A stretch of DNA of 61,128 nt, counting the filler, from Asterionella formosa (Eukaryota), in NCBI GenBank assembly GCA_002256025.1. It is 15 parts of 15 records of this genome, joined end to end, with 100 filler letters (N's around TTAATTAATTAA, not from the genome) between each part and the next. Parts side by side here need not be neighbours in the genome. Positions count along the whole stretch, not along the records: positions 1 to 4,000 come from NKIB01013777.1; positions 4,101 to 8,099 come from NKIB01013778.1; positions 8,200 to 12,194 come from NKIB01013779.1; positions 12,295 to 16,287 come from NKIB01013780.1; 11 more parts are not named here. The stretch is one strand, 5' to 3'. The stretch's first letter is position 1, and the number at the start of each line of letters is the position of its first letter. The notes beneath the pieces were generated by a model. It did no database searches and had not been told where the DNA came from. It saw nothing but the letters and a program-made list of their open reading frames with translations. Of this stretch, positions 1 to 12,536 are shown piece by piece. Both the position numbers and the translations under genes were made by a program.

Positions 1-760
1 TAATATTGCTTTTATGAATTTAACTGGCGCGATAATTAGCCAGGCTGACGAGTTACTACCGGTACCAGGTAGTACGTCTACATCTTTTATCAGCACCTTT
101 AAGTAGCACCTACGGTTATGGTGGTACTATGTTTTTCCCTATTATTTTCTGTCGCAGCTCATCTGTAGAGAAGCTGTGAAAGTCAAAGCGCTGCCCCCCC
201 TCCCCCTCTATTATACCGGAAAAATTTGGTACATCACCCATTATCGTGCGTTGCAACGGCCCGCGACAGGGTGGCTGTGGTTATGGAGCAGGGGGTAGAA
301 CGCCACAACATGACGAAGTCCCAAGGATCATGAATGGGAAGAAAACTTTGCTGCATTCTGGTGGTACCATTGGACTTGGGAAACAGCGAGGAAGGTTGTT
401 TCCCGCCATATCAAACGGTTTCGAATAAGAGGAGTTGGAACGAAGAGATGTGACAAGAACTGACCTGACACTTCTGTCCGACTTGGTCGATGGATGTCTC
501 CCGCCTATTTGTGACTTCCTGCGCAACACAACAAAACTTGCCACAACGACTAATCAAACGTTTTCGAATATGAGGAGTGGTTGGAACGAAGAGACTTTTC
601 ATAAACATGACACTTCTGTCCGACTCGGTCGATGGAGCAAAAGAAACGACACCAGCGTCCGGTTATTTGCAAATGGCTGTACTTGATTAAAAACAAATAA
701 CCATTTTGTTAGTAACTATTTATGAGTAAAAAAAATTCTTACTTCCATCTTTCCCCATAG

Positions 761-964
761 GAATCAAGCAAAAACGAAAGTGGTCCTGACAAGGAATACT
801 GTGTTGTCGATCCGGAAAGTGGGGAACTCATTCGTCTCACAGTAGCCGAAAAGGAGCGTATCTTTCTGGACGCGCTTCAGTCCTACGATGCCACTGGAAG
901 GCAAATGCTCAAGGATGACGAGTTTGACCAATTGAAGGAAGATTTGCAATGGAACGGATCTGAG
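761..964 (+). pseudogene. PGRL1: PGRL1 (PGR5-like 1) exon fragment, truncated by a repeat
   Basis: Follows a polypyrimidine tract and AG acceptor (759-760). Manual translation gives ESSKNESGPDKEYCVVDPESGELIRLTVAEKERIFLDALQSYDATGRQMLKDDEFDQLKEDLQWNGSE, matching the PGRL1 motif E..FL.ALQS.Y..G..I.S.EEFD.LKEEL.W.GS. It runs straight into repeat DNA at about 965. Not in the ORF track because it has no start codon. Confidence 0.8.
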
Positions 965-1769
965 CATATATATAGCTAAAACAAGGAAAGACGACACGAC
1001 AATGAACGTGATGGCTGGTTGTTGAGGATACCAGTATGTGATATGCATCAATCCATCATGTCACAAAACATATTATAGTGATGTACATATCAACGCATCC
1101 GTATACTTAGATCCTATCCACTGTAAAATACTATCATATTAAGTGTTGACTTTAACTGTATACATTAAACGACAAACACATATATTAATTAACATACTTT
1201 ATGATTGCTTGATTTATATTCTGTGATGTATCGATAACACTTGCGCACATATATTATCGTATTTTATTGTCATTGTACTATTTTTACATGATCATATTTT
1301 GATCAAAATTATATCATAAACATTTTATAAAATCATCATGGTTTCATTATCAATGTATCATAGCTCTGTGATATTTTTTATTCAATATTACGTATCATAC
1401 TTCGGTGATGTATGCATCGATGTAACCTTATCATGATATCACAGTATCATCTTATCAATCATGATGAGATGATTGGGAAGCAAATGTATTCTGCATCGTG
1501 CTACAGGGTATATTATTATATCACGCAATTTAGTAGCGAAGTCACTCCGCCTGTAATGTACTAAAGTCGACAGTGCACATACCGGGTACCAGTACTCAAA
1601 CGCTAATCAGGTTTGAGGCAACGGACAGTGGTTCGAACAAGCGAATGATGATACGGTACCAATTTTTCCAACGAAAGAACTTGTCTCTCTATTGATGAGG
1701 ATGACACGGACACGGACACCGACTTTTTCAGGAGCAAACAATAATGAAGAGACCCACTTGTCACTCTAT
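965..1769. repeat. Internal fragment of the composite Plavaka/Ulp1 element (AT-rich intergenic part)
   Basis: Closely similar to about 19295-20090 (same strand) and about 30120-30905 (reverse complement). Confidence 0.9.
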
Positions 1770-2587
1770 TCACAAAAGTTGTATTCACCATAATCATTTT
1801 TTTGCAACCATTGATCACGGGATAGAGACACAGAACTTGTCCATGCTTTACCAACTGCTTCATAATAGAGAACCACCAAAACATAGAATTGAAGCATATT
1901 AAAATCTAAGCTGTGGTCATTTAGCTCTGTATTCAACCATGACATCGCCATTTCCTGAGATGAGCCAGTATTTCCAAGTGCTGTTCCATATTCAAATGTA
2001 CTGACAGCCAAGAAACCAAACAAATTTGAAGAAGGGCTTTCTGATGGAGTTTCTGATGGAGTTGTTGATAGAATTTGAGAACCTGTTGGTGCTAATGTGG
2101 GGCTAGGGGTTTGTTTAGGTTTTGTGAGCTGAATGGGAGTTGCAATGATGGTGACTAACAAGCCAATTACCAAAAATAACACCAAGGCCGTCCGCACTTG
2201 ACGTTTACATTGAGCTTGTTCTTCAGCTTCAATGTCAGCAACAGAGGCTCTTGCAAGTTCTGGATCAACCACTAGCTCAGCATTGAATAGTGTTGTATGT
2301 TCCAGCTGGCCATCGTTGGTGTCAATAGCAACATTGTCATTCACATAAGAATTGTTCTGTGAAGATGTCACTAATCCCTGTACAGGAAATGCACCAGGAA
2401 GTGTCTGTTGTGGTGGTGGGGGTGCTACAACTTCTTGATTCGGAACTCTTGTTGGTTCCATCAAAGACACCTCGCATTTTTCGCTGCAGTTGTTGCATCG
2501 CTCATTCTTTGACTCCCATTGTATCTTGTCATGTAGGGTGAGGAAGTGGCGCCTTTGCAGTTGCAACTGGTATTGCAGCGTCGCCAC
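1766..2587 (-). pseudogene. 5' part of a diatom LRR receptor-like membrane protein, truncated before the LRRs
   Basis: Typical N-terminal layout for this family: PGAF.V.G motif, A.LV, a TM helix (LVLFLVIGLLVTIIATPI), a PT/PS-rich linker, then SSQ.AM.WL...LQFY.L..LYY...G..W and WL...CE. It ends at the junction with the repeat. Confidence 0.7.
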
Positions 2588-2869
2588 ATATCATAGTGTC
2601 ATGGTATCTGGTAAGTAGAAGTTGCTTTGTTGTTGGGAATGGAAGATTGCCTGCTTGCTTGTAACATGTTGCCATTGTTTTCGTTTGTGCCGCTGTCCAC
2701 TCTGTTGACTGTTTGTTCAGAGTTCTGATTGCCGCTGTGTGCATCTATTTTCTTATACTCTCGCTCACTCTACACTTCTTCCGCACGCCTCTTCCTTATC
2801 AGCTCTTCATCGACCACTTCAAAAGTTACCTCCCTGCAGCAACATGAAGACCGGCTGTGTATTGTTTAA

Positions 2870-3196
2870 GTGACCGTTCCATGGTGTTTGTCATTGTTTC
2901 CAGACAGAGATATGGATATTATCTAGTTCTATACTCTTTCCTAAGTAATTGGTCTGTTCCACAATATGGAAAGGTGTTACAGTTGTAACCTAATTGAATT
3001 TCCAGTACTAGTGGAAACAGTCACTATAATTATGTGTGTTTTGCTACAACATGATATGGTGACCGTTCCATGGTGTTTGTTATTGTTTCCAGACAGAGAT
3101 ATGGATATTATCTAGTTCTGTACTCTTTCCCAAGTAATTGGTCTGTTCCACAACATGGAAAGGTTTTCCAGGTTTGACCGAATTGAATTTCCAGTA
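2870..3196 (+). repeat. Direct repeat, two copies, period about 189 bp
   Basis: gtgaccgttccatggtgtttg...aattgaatttccagta starts at 2870 and again at 3059. Confidence 0.9.
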
Positions 3197-3199
3197 TTT

Positions 3200-3990
3200 C
3201 GCCTACACCCTACGTGATGATGATTGTTACCACTACTGACTTGTCAATAACTTCATCAATATTGGAGCAATCCATACCTATGAACCACTCAACTCATTGG
3301 AAGATAGTACCAAATAAGATGGTATTCCGTTGATACCTAAAACCAACTCAACTGATTGGAAGATAGTACCGAATAAGATGGTATTCCGTTGATTCACAAT
3401 GGATCAATGATCCTCATCATTTACATGTCACAGCCCGGATTTTTTCACCTACAACCTACACGGTGGTGATTGTTACAAATACTGATGGTATTCCGTTGAC
3501 TCACAATGGATCAATGCTACTCAACATTTACATGTCACAGCCCGGATTTTTTCACCTACACCCTACACGGTGGTGATTCTTCGTACTATTGATTTGTAAA
3601 TAACTTCATCAATATTGGAGCAATCCATACCTAAGAACCACTCAGCTCATTGGAAGATAGTACCGAATAAGATGGTATTCCGTTGACTCACAATGGATTA
3701 ATGCTACTCATCAATTACATGTCACAGCCCGGATTGTTTCACCTACACCCTATACAGTGGTGATTGTTACAACTACTGACTTGTCAATAACTTCATCAAT
3801 ATTGGAGCAATCCATACCTAAGCCTAAGAACCACTCCGTTGATTCACAATGATTCAATGCTAATAAAAAATCCGGGTTGTGACATGTAAATGATGAGTAG
3901 CATTGATCCATTGTGAGTCAACGGAATACCATCAGTATTTGTAACAATCACCACCGTGTAGTTTGTAGGTGAAAAAATCCGGGCTGTGCC
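3200..3990. repeat. Complex tandem repeat array with a terminal inverted copy
   Basis: Modules cctacacc..gattgttac, attggagcaatccatacc, gatggtattccgttga and gtcacagcccggat recur 3-4 times. About 3866-3988 is the reverse complement of about 3429-3553. Confidence 0.85.
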
Positions 3991-4000
3991 ATTATCAGAT

Positions 4001-4100
4001 NNNNNNNNNNNNNNNNNNNNNNNNNNNNNNNNNNNNNNNNNNNNTTAATTAATTAANNNNNNNNNNNNNNNNNNNNNNNNNNNNNNNNNNNNNNNNNNNN
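4001..4100. other. Artificial contig-joining linker (N44-TTAATTAATTAA-N44), first of 14
   Basis: The same 100-bp spacer with an all-frame stop occurs at 4001, 8100, 12195, 16288, 20382, 24467, 28550, 32618, 36695, 40771, 44846, 48921, 52994 and 57066. The contigs between them are all about 3.96-4.0 kb. Confidence 0.98.
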
Positions 4101-7100
4101 TTTGAGTGGTGTCTCTTGCGATTCTGTCCATAGCGTTTGTCCCTTCACCTAGTGATAGAATTACGTCCTCAGCAGCCTTGAGGGGCTCAAACAATGCGGT
4201 AGCCTCAACCTCGACACATCTGAGAATGTCGAGAGCTCTCAACCTGTTTTCTTCATTGCCAATGCTAGGATTCTTCAGAGCTCGCCTCAACGACTCTGAA
4301 CTTGCATGTAGAAGGCTGAGTGCGCGAATTCGCCCTCGTTCGTCTGGATTTCTTTCTACTGAGTAGACAGCTAAATACCAAAGGCATTGCGCAGCAGATA
4401 GCTCACTTTCAGAACACAACTGATTTTCTAGAGAGTTCGTTCGAGATCGAGAAGCTGGAGGCAGAAAACTGGCTGAAGGCAGCGCAATGCTCTCTTGGTA
4501 ACAGACCGAGAGTTCCCATTTCGTTGGCTTTGTGTTTAATGCTGAAGCAATCGCTGATAAGATGCTTATTGCTTGATCCAACTTATCAAGCTCGCGGAGA
4601 CAACGACAAAGGCCGCACGCAGCCGAAATGATGCTGGGGTGCGATAAACCTCTCCCTTCTTTGGCCCAACCTTCAAACGCAGTTCGATAATGTTTCAAAG
4701 CATGGGTCCAAACCATAACTGAATCTTGCCCCGGCTCATTCATCGATAGACAGTTTGCCAGGACTGTCATAGAATCGGCTAAGAAGCAGTGACTAATGAG
4801 GGTCGTTTCTGATGTTTCTCCAAGGAAAAATGAGAAATCCCTGTCCATCAACTCTTCCAAACGCGAAATGAAAGACATAAGCATCGATATAAAATCATTG
4901 GCGGGACGTATCCGAAGAATCAGCTTGTCCTGCGGAGGCAGCGTGGACGATTCATCAACAGCATCAAAATACATTTCTTCTTGTTCTGCGAGATATTTCG
5001 CAAATCGACGAGACACTTGTTTTAGCAATTGTGTTGCTCGCTCCATCCGAGATGATAGGATCATGGCACCAGCGAGGTCCAATGAGACCATCAAAGTCAT
5101 CGGATGGTACAATGGTAAGCTTAGCTCGCACCTGGTAAGCAGCGACTTTAGAATGTCAACAGCTTCATCTAATCTTCTATCCTCGGCGTAGTGGCGAGCC
5201 AATCTTTGCATAATCTCAAAAATGCGGTCCATATTTCTGTCGAGGGAACAACTTGAGCCGTATTCAACCCACCCTGTCATTCCGATTGATACAGCTTGAT
5301 TGGCAACTTCCAAACTCCTGAGTAGTATGTGTTCATGCAACGCACCCATGCCTTTCTTATTCACGAACTGCGAGAGTTGAAAGGCGAAAACCCCACTATA
5401 GTGAACACCAGGGCGCTTCATTTTAGAATCGCATCGATCCTCGTTGCGGGTAGCGTCAAAATGGTGCCGTCCAGTCAAAAACGACACGGTTGCATCATCC
5501 TGACCCTCACTGGCCGCCATATTATCTGTAACTTGAGACGTAAATGCAGATTGCAGTTTTTTGCCGGAGAACTCGATCTTGTCGCTCAAGGGATACTTAT
5601 TCTTCATCGTCGATCGCAGTGCCGCTGCCTGAGCAGCAGCAGCGGCGATCCCACCGCCTGCAAAAGGAGACATTGTTGGCCTTGAAGGCGTTTCGTCAAT
5701 GTCCTCGTCCTTCTGTTCCTCTTCAAAAACCTTTGTGTTCGATCTCAAAGCAGCTGCTTGGGCTGCCGCTGCAGCGATTCCGCCACCGGCGAATGAAGAC
5801 AGGATTGGTGTTGAACAAGTCTCATCATTTTCTTCCTCCATTTTTTCTTCCCGCCGCAACTCGTCAACAACCTTCATCTTCGATCTCAAAGCAGCTGCTC
5901 GGGCTGCGGCTGCAGCGATTCCGCCACCGGCGAATGGATTCAGGATTGGTATTAAAGGCGTCTCAGTATTTGATTCCTTTAGTTTTTCCACTTTCCGGTC
6001 CTCGTCAACAACCCTCATCTTAGACCTCAAAGCAGCTGCTTGCGCAGCGGCTGCAGCGATTCCGCCACCGGCGAATGGAGACAGAATTGGCATTGAAGGC
6101 ATCCTATCATTTGTTTCTCCTACTTTTTCCTCCCTAGATATCTTGTTCAATCGCATTGCTGCTGGCTGAGCAGCAGCGGCGGCGATCCCATTACATGCAA
6201 AAGGTGAAAATGTTGGTCTCGCTGGCGTTTCATCACTGTCCTTCTCTTCCTGTTCCTCGTCAACAACATTAGTCGTCGATCTCAAAGCAGCTGCTTGCGC
6301 TGCGGCTGCAGCTGCAGCGGATTCGCCATCGGCGAATGTAGAAAGAATTGGTATTGAAGGCGTCTCATCAATTGTTTCCTCAAGTTTTTCTTCCTTCCGA
6401 TCCTCGTCAACAACCTTCGTGTAGTATTTCAAAGCAGCTGCTTGCGCTGCGGCGGCAGCGATGTCGCCATCGGGGTATGAAGACAGGATTGGTATTGAAA
6501 CCGTCTCATCATTTTCTTCATCAACTTTTTCCTCCTTCCGATCCTCGTCAACAACAATCGGTTCCGATCTCAAAGCAGTTGCTTGAGATGATGCTGCCGC
6601 GATTCCGCCACCGACGAATGGAGACAGGATTGGTATGGAAGGCGTCCCATCGCTTGTTTTCTCTACTTTTTCCTTCTCCCGATCATCATCACTAACATTC
6701 GTGTTAGACTTCAAAGCAGCTCCTTGGGCTACGGCTAGAGCGATATCGCCATCGGGAAAAGGAGACAGGATTGGTATTGACGGCGTCTCAACATTTACTT
6801 CCTCTAATTTTTCCTCTATCCGATCTTCCTCAACAACTTTCATCTTCGATCTCAAGGCAGCTGCTTGTGCTGAGGCTGCATCGATATCGCCATCTGGGAA
6901 TGGAAACAGGATTGGTATTGAAGCCGTCTCATCATTTGTTTCCTCTACCATTTCCTCCTTCCAATCCTCGTTAACAACATTCGACTTGGATCTCAAAGCA
7001 GCTGCTTGGGATGAGGCTACAGCGATTTCGCCATCGGCGAATGGAGACAGGATTGGTATGGAAGGCGACTCGTCATCTGCTGACTCTAATTTTTCCTCTT

Positions 7101-8099
7101 TCCGATCCTCGTCAACACCTTTCGTGATGGAATTCAAAGCAGCTGCTTGCGCTGCTGGTGCTGCGATTTTGCCACCGGCGAATGGAGACAGGATTCGTAT
7201 TGAAGGCGTCTCATCATAATCTTCCTCTACCTTTTCCTCCTTCCGATCGACGTCAGCAACCTTCGTGTCCGATCTCAAACCAACTCCTTCCTCATTTGAT
7301 TCTTCTACTTGTTCCTCCTTCGGAAATTCCTCAACAACCTTCGTCCTCGATGTCAAGGCAGCTGCTTGGAAGGAGGCTGCTTCGATGTCGCCATCGGGGA
7401 ATGAAGACAGAATAGATATTGAAGGTGTGTCATCATTCGTTTCATCTACTATTTCCTCCTTCCGATCCTCGTGAACAACCTTCGTGTTCGATCTGAAGGC
7501 AGCTGCTTGCGCTCTCGCTGCGGCTGTAGCTATTCCATCGTCGGCGAATGGAGAAAGGATTGGTATGGAAGGAGTCTCATCACTTGCTTCCTCTACTTTT
7601 TCCTCCTTCTGATCCTCGTCAAGACCCTTCGTGGTGGATTTCAAAGCAGCTGCTTGCGCTGCTGCTGCTGCGATTTCGCCACCGGCGAGTGTAGACAGGA
7701 TTGGTATTGAAGGCGTCTCATCACTAGCTTCCTCTACTTTTTCCTCCTTCCGATCCTCGTCAAAACCCTTCGTGGTGGATTTCAAAGCAGCTGCTTGCGC
7801 TGCTGCTGCTGCAACGACTTCGCTACCGGCGAATGGAGACAGATTTGGTATTGAAGGCGTCTCATCGTTTGTTTCCTCCACTTTTCCCTCCTTCCGATCG
7901 ACGTCAGCAACCTTCGTGTCCGATCTCAAACCAGCTCCTTCCTCATTTGATTCTTCTACTTGTTCCTCCTTCGGAGCTTCCTCAACAACCTTCGTCCTCG
8001 ATGTCAAGGCAGCTTCTTGGAAGGAGGCTGCTTCGATGTCGCCATCGGGGAATGAAGACAGAATAGATATTGAAGGTGTGTCATCATTCGTTTCATCTA
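4101..8099 (-). CDS. Partial large protein: about 19 tandem ~42-46-aa repeats (acidic-TPSIPILSPFAGGGIAAAAAQAAALRS) followed by a TPR-like helical domain
   Basis: The frame is open across the whole contig, so both ends are missing. The C-terminal half has kinesin-light-chain-like TPR signatures (LYHPMTL..SLDLA; GLSHPSII.AA..L.RCLREL.KLDQA). Confidence 0.75.
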
Positions 8100-8199
8100 N
8101 NNNNNNNNNNNNNNNNNNNNNNNNNNNNNNNNNNNNNNNNNNNTTAATTAATTAANNNNNNNNNNNNNNNNNNNNNNNNNNNNNNNNNNNNNNNNNNNN

Positions 8200-8770
8200 T
8201 GGAAACTTCCAAATTGGCACAGCAGAGATGCAGCACCGTGTTTCCGTCAGTGTCTCGATTCATGAATGCTTGAGCTGGCATTAAATCTACCATAAATTTG
8301 GTGAGTGCCACTGGCGCCATCCACACAAAAACTTGCAAAATAGTCGATTGCCGATCTGCAGAAGTAGCCGCGAGTATTTGACGCAGCCTGTTCGGCTCCT
8401 GTTCCTTCAGCTGTAGTAATGCCTGATACAGCTTTTTCCAATTTCCACTAGCTAGCAACCGATGAATGTTTCCATCCGCATCATTTTCCTCGTCTCCTTG
8501 ACTTGCAAGTGGAGGAGCAGGAATAGCTCGCGTGAAAAGGTTTAGTTCTCGCTGGCGCCTTCTGGGGCTGGGGCGAGAGTGCATCGAATCTTTAAGCACC
8601 GAGTCCTCAATCAAGGAAGCGTTCGATTTTCTGCCATACATGGGATGCTCGTCTTCTTGCTCGCCACGCCTGCCAGACGATCGAGATACGGATCGATGGG
8701 GATGGGAGGACTTCTTCTTCTTCTCGCCGCTTGGCTTTTCAGAATGACTTCTGTGTCGACGAGACGACAT
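8200..8770 (-). CDS. Ankyrin-repeat protein, 5' part (runs off the contig)
   Basis: Basic, low-complexity N-terminus followed by the ankyrin motif NRDTDGNTVLHLCC. Confidence 0.65.
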
Positions 8771-8985
8771 GATTGACGCTGATGGACGCTAGACAAGATG
8801 GAGGCGAAGTGAAGTGAAGCGAAGCAGTGGACTATACAATATAATGTACCGGTACACGAGTGCCCTGGAATGGATGCAGGGGAGTACCGGTATACGGAGA
8901 GCAAACGACCATGGTCACCACACAAAATGAGCGAAGCATTTATTATGCATAAATATATAACAATACTTTATCATAGAGTATATAA

Positions 8986-9130
8986 CACATGTGGAAAATG
9001 ATATTTCGTCCCCGTAATCCAAAATCTAACCCTAACCCTAACCCCTAACCCTTATCTTCAGGTGCTACCTTGGAAGAGTCTAGGGTTAGGGTTGAGGTTA
9101 GGGGGACGAAATGTCATTTTCCTACATGTG
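8986..9130. mobile_element. 145-bp hairpin MITE-like element with internal telomeric repeats
   Basis: Imperfect TIRs cacatgt-ggaaaatgatatttcgtcccc / ggggacgaaatgtcattttcctacatgtg. (CCCTAA)n on the left arm and (TTAGGG)n on the right arm. ATAA on both flanks. Confidence 0.7.
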
Positions 9131-9515
9131 ATAATTAGTGAATTATGTGTGTCCCAGTACGTCCTGGTAGAAAGAGGAGACCATTGATTCATTGCACGGC
9201 AGTGGGGAGTCCATTGTCCCAGGTCAAAAAAGTGGGTTGATGACAAGCAAGTTGGTGCAGGGAGCAGTGCTGCAATGAGTTATTTTGAATGCCCCAGCAG
9301 TGAAGGGTAGTAAGATGGCCACAGAGGGCATGATTCCATCCACAATGACTTTTCCCAGGATGAACAATAAATTTCATTATGAAGTGAAAGGTGAAAGGAA
9401 ACTAATCCTCTGAATGATTGTTTTACTATACAATTTTTATGCCAGTAATGTTAGTACTAGCTAGTCAGAATCAAATTGGTTTGGTTTCATCTGCAAATAA
9501 AAACCATCATATTCC

Positions 9516-9860
9516 TATGATGCATCATAGGATTATGATCGTCTAATCATAATTTTTCGTTATATCATCTAATAATTTTGATAAATGCCCTTATAATTTA
9601 AATAGTAACCCTTTTGACTATGGAAATTTTATTATTCTTATATGTATTGTTTCTTTTAGCTAGCTAGGTTCCTTAATTTAATTTTCTTGGTAGTAGGATA
9701 ACAATGTACCAGTTAAAGTAATGTGGTTTGGCTCATCATCCTCACCAGTCCTCACTCTTATTCTTGCAACAACGACAAAGCAGCCATGTCGAGAGGAACA
9801 AGTGTTTGTGATAAAATCTTCTTTTGTCGTTCAAGTCATCATATGTCTTCGAAGTATGTT
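9516..9860. repeat. Dispersed repeat related to 29030-29360
   Basis: Shares atgatgcatcataggat..tcataatttttcgttatatcatctaataattttgataaatgcc and the downstream sequence. Confidence 0.8.
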
Positions 9861-12294
9861 CGTACTCAATACGTTAAGAGCTTGACAAGAAATCCAATGA
9901 AAACGAAATGGCTCATCACACAAGACGAATATTTCAGGTCTGTCACCAGAGCATCAATCAGTGTTATAACCTAAATCATAGCTAAACAATATCCATTATA
10001 GAACAGCACAATATACTTCTATGTAACATTGTATCTCTAACGAGAACATAATACATTTAGAATTGAAACGCAGCATAGCAGGCGATATGAACAAAAAAGG
10101 ACGAGACTGTCTATTTATAGTAACAGAGTGATTCTGGTTTCGTAATTTTCATGTCTCATCCGATTTCCTTTGTCATCGTACTAGTTCCTTACCTTTGACA
10201 ACAGGAGCGTATTCTTTGATGTATCTGGTATGGTTCAATGGAAGGCAGCAGTTGAATTTAGACACAAACCTCGACAAAAGCACTACTTTGTAGATGTTCA
10301 TAGAAAGCCAGACACTTTGGCCTATCGCCCACCAGCCAGTCTATACTGTAAAAACGCAAGAAGCACAAATTGAATGCCCATTTATGGATTCAAGTTTCAG
10401 TAGTGCAACAATGTAAAATATTAGAAACCGGAAGTCACTTTTCATCTAATCACGGTTTTCAATTTTACTGTTATTAATTGCGAGGAAGCAATGGTAGAAT
10501 GCCAAAGCAACAGGCCGGGGTAAACACAGAGAAGCCTACTAAGAATTTTTCTCCCCAATGATCCCAGACACTTCTTGGATGTCACTTGCTGCAGAAAATG
10601 GAGAACAGCCGCCATGATCTGTTGATTGTTGCTGTATGGTGCCACTGACCAAAATCTCCAGAAATCTCAATGAGTTGCTTGTTTCTTGACTTGACTGCAA
10701 AAGGGATCAAAACCAGTGGAAAAATCAAAAGGTAACTAAAAATGCTCTCCAAACATCAGGACAATTGTGAAAGAGAAATGAAGATTCCTGGGAGGAGAAT
10801 TGAAGGGATAATTGCTTCTGGTCTTGCGGTAACAAGAATGGATTGACCCAAACAATGTTGACAAATAGGAACCTACTGGAAAAGGAAGCAATGCTTTCAG
10901 CATCATCAATCTATGTACAAGCCTGCGCCACCTGACGTAAATTTAGCTTCCTCAACTTCATCAATGAAGAAGTTGATGGGTTGACCATGTGAGCAAAATC
11001 GGGGTTGAGGTTTTCTTGACGCCAACGTGCTTGGCGGAACTTGCAGATGAAGGCATTGAGTAACCTGGGCCTGTGCAGCCAAAGGATAAAGAAAAATCCA
11101 TGACAAGGGTGGTGAGATAGTGTCTAGGATCAAAAGTTATCATAGCTGAACGCATTGGAAAATTCGTATAGACAATAAATGGAGGCATACCATGGCTGCT
11201 CTTGGCTGAAAGTTGCCAACAAGTCAATGTACAAACACAACAAGAAAGGTGCACAAAAGACAGTCCCATTTTAATCGACTGGCTGATACATAGTTTTGAG
11301 ACTCACCATTCTACAATGGGGTGGACTTTGATCATTGCTTTGTTCCAAGCACAATCAATTCGAATGCTGTCCAGTGAAACAGCCAATGAAAACAACTGTG
11401 GCGAAAAAGCGCAGAACAGATCAAGAGCTAGATTTCATAGGAATTAAAATAACAGGGCATATTTGATGCACTGCTCCTTTTGTAGACTAGCTATATTTGA
11501 TCATTTCCATATTTCATATGATACAGGTGCATGGATGACTCTTCCCGCCCTTTCATTAGATATACAGCCAAGTTGCGATGATTCTACAAGAGCGACCTAT
11601 AGGATTGGTAGTCTGGTGGTCATCATTTCCGCAATGTATATACCAGTAGTAGGAGTCATGTATGCATGCATGCTGCGATATATCTTACAAGACATAAAAA
11701 TTTGGTAGCTTGGGGGTTATCACTTCTATACTGTATACAGGGGGGAAGGGGACAGGGGGGAAGGGGTTGCATGCATGAGCAACTACTCCGGTATGAACTA
11801 TGACCTTTAATCAATAAGTTTTGATTTCTTCATCCTATACCTTTGATCATAACGTATTGATCATATGATAAAAGGTGTCGTTGATGAGAAAATGAAAGAT
11901 CAAAATTTATTTTCAGGAATCAGGATTAATTGATATTTATACATTGTATATATTTGAATTATGTGTAATCAAAGTTGATGTTAGTATACACAGGATGTAC
12001 AGGATAATGACCGTGTTTAAAACTATGCAAATATTCAACTATATATACATTTAAACTTACAAATCTTTATATATATATATATATGTATTCATGGCTGAAA
12101 CATTTGAAATCATGTTTTCATGTTCCTTGTCATGCATACACTTTGCTCCTGAAATGAAGGATCATCACACATGATGACGCGGAAAACGAAAGTGNNNNNN
12201 NNNNNNNNNNNNNNNNNNNNNNNNNNNNNNNNNNNNNNTTAATTAATTAANNNNNNNNNNNNNNNNNNNNNNNNNNNNNNNNNNNNNNNNNNNN

Positions 12295-12497
12295 TGGTAA
12301 TGAATGTGACTAGACCAGAATCAACACTACAAAAGAAACATAATTCGATTGCCTATCACAAAGTCCGGGAATGCGTTGCGGCAGAGGCTATGAGAATACA
12401 TCATGAACCTGGAGCCAGCAATCTTGCAGATTTACTAACCAAATGGTTACCCCCACATAAACATCTTGAACTGTGTCGTCACATATTATGGCATTAA
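12295..12497 (+). mobile_element. Ty1/Copia LTR retrotransposon pol C-terminus (RNase H), diatom CoDi-like
   Basis: PESTLQKKHNSIAYHKVRECVAA...NLADLLTK is the Copia RNase H signature. Confidence 0.9.
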
Positions 12498-12536
12498 CTG
12501 CAAGAGATATTCCACGAATACCACTTGAGGGGACTA

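Noticed and set aside
320..400. Possible helicase-associated (HA) domain remnant (HEWEENFAA...LGKQR)
   Set aside because: Too short and frameshifted to support.
3200..3990. CRISPR-like or regularly spaced repeat array
   Set aside because: Units are long and degenerate with no unique spacers, there are no cas genes, and the context is eukaryotic.
4045..4056. Regularly spaced TTAATTAATTAA motif about every 4 kb
   Set aside because: Artificial linker inside N runs. It also creates the false LIN/X ORF ends.
5329..8155. Long plus-strand ORFs opposite the repeat protein
   Set aside because: Antisense shadows of a repetitive coding frame.
9024..9102. True chromosome end or telomere fusion
   Set aside because: Only a few degenerate units, internal to the contig and enclosed by TIRs. 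The CCCTAA-then-TTAGGG order is opposite to an end-to-end fusion.
10200..11450. Short ORFs that might be a decayed gene
   Set aside because: No consistent frame or recognisable motif.
11740..11766. Potential G-quadruplex (four G runs)
   Set aside because: Isolated, with no contextual evidence of function.
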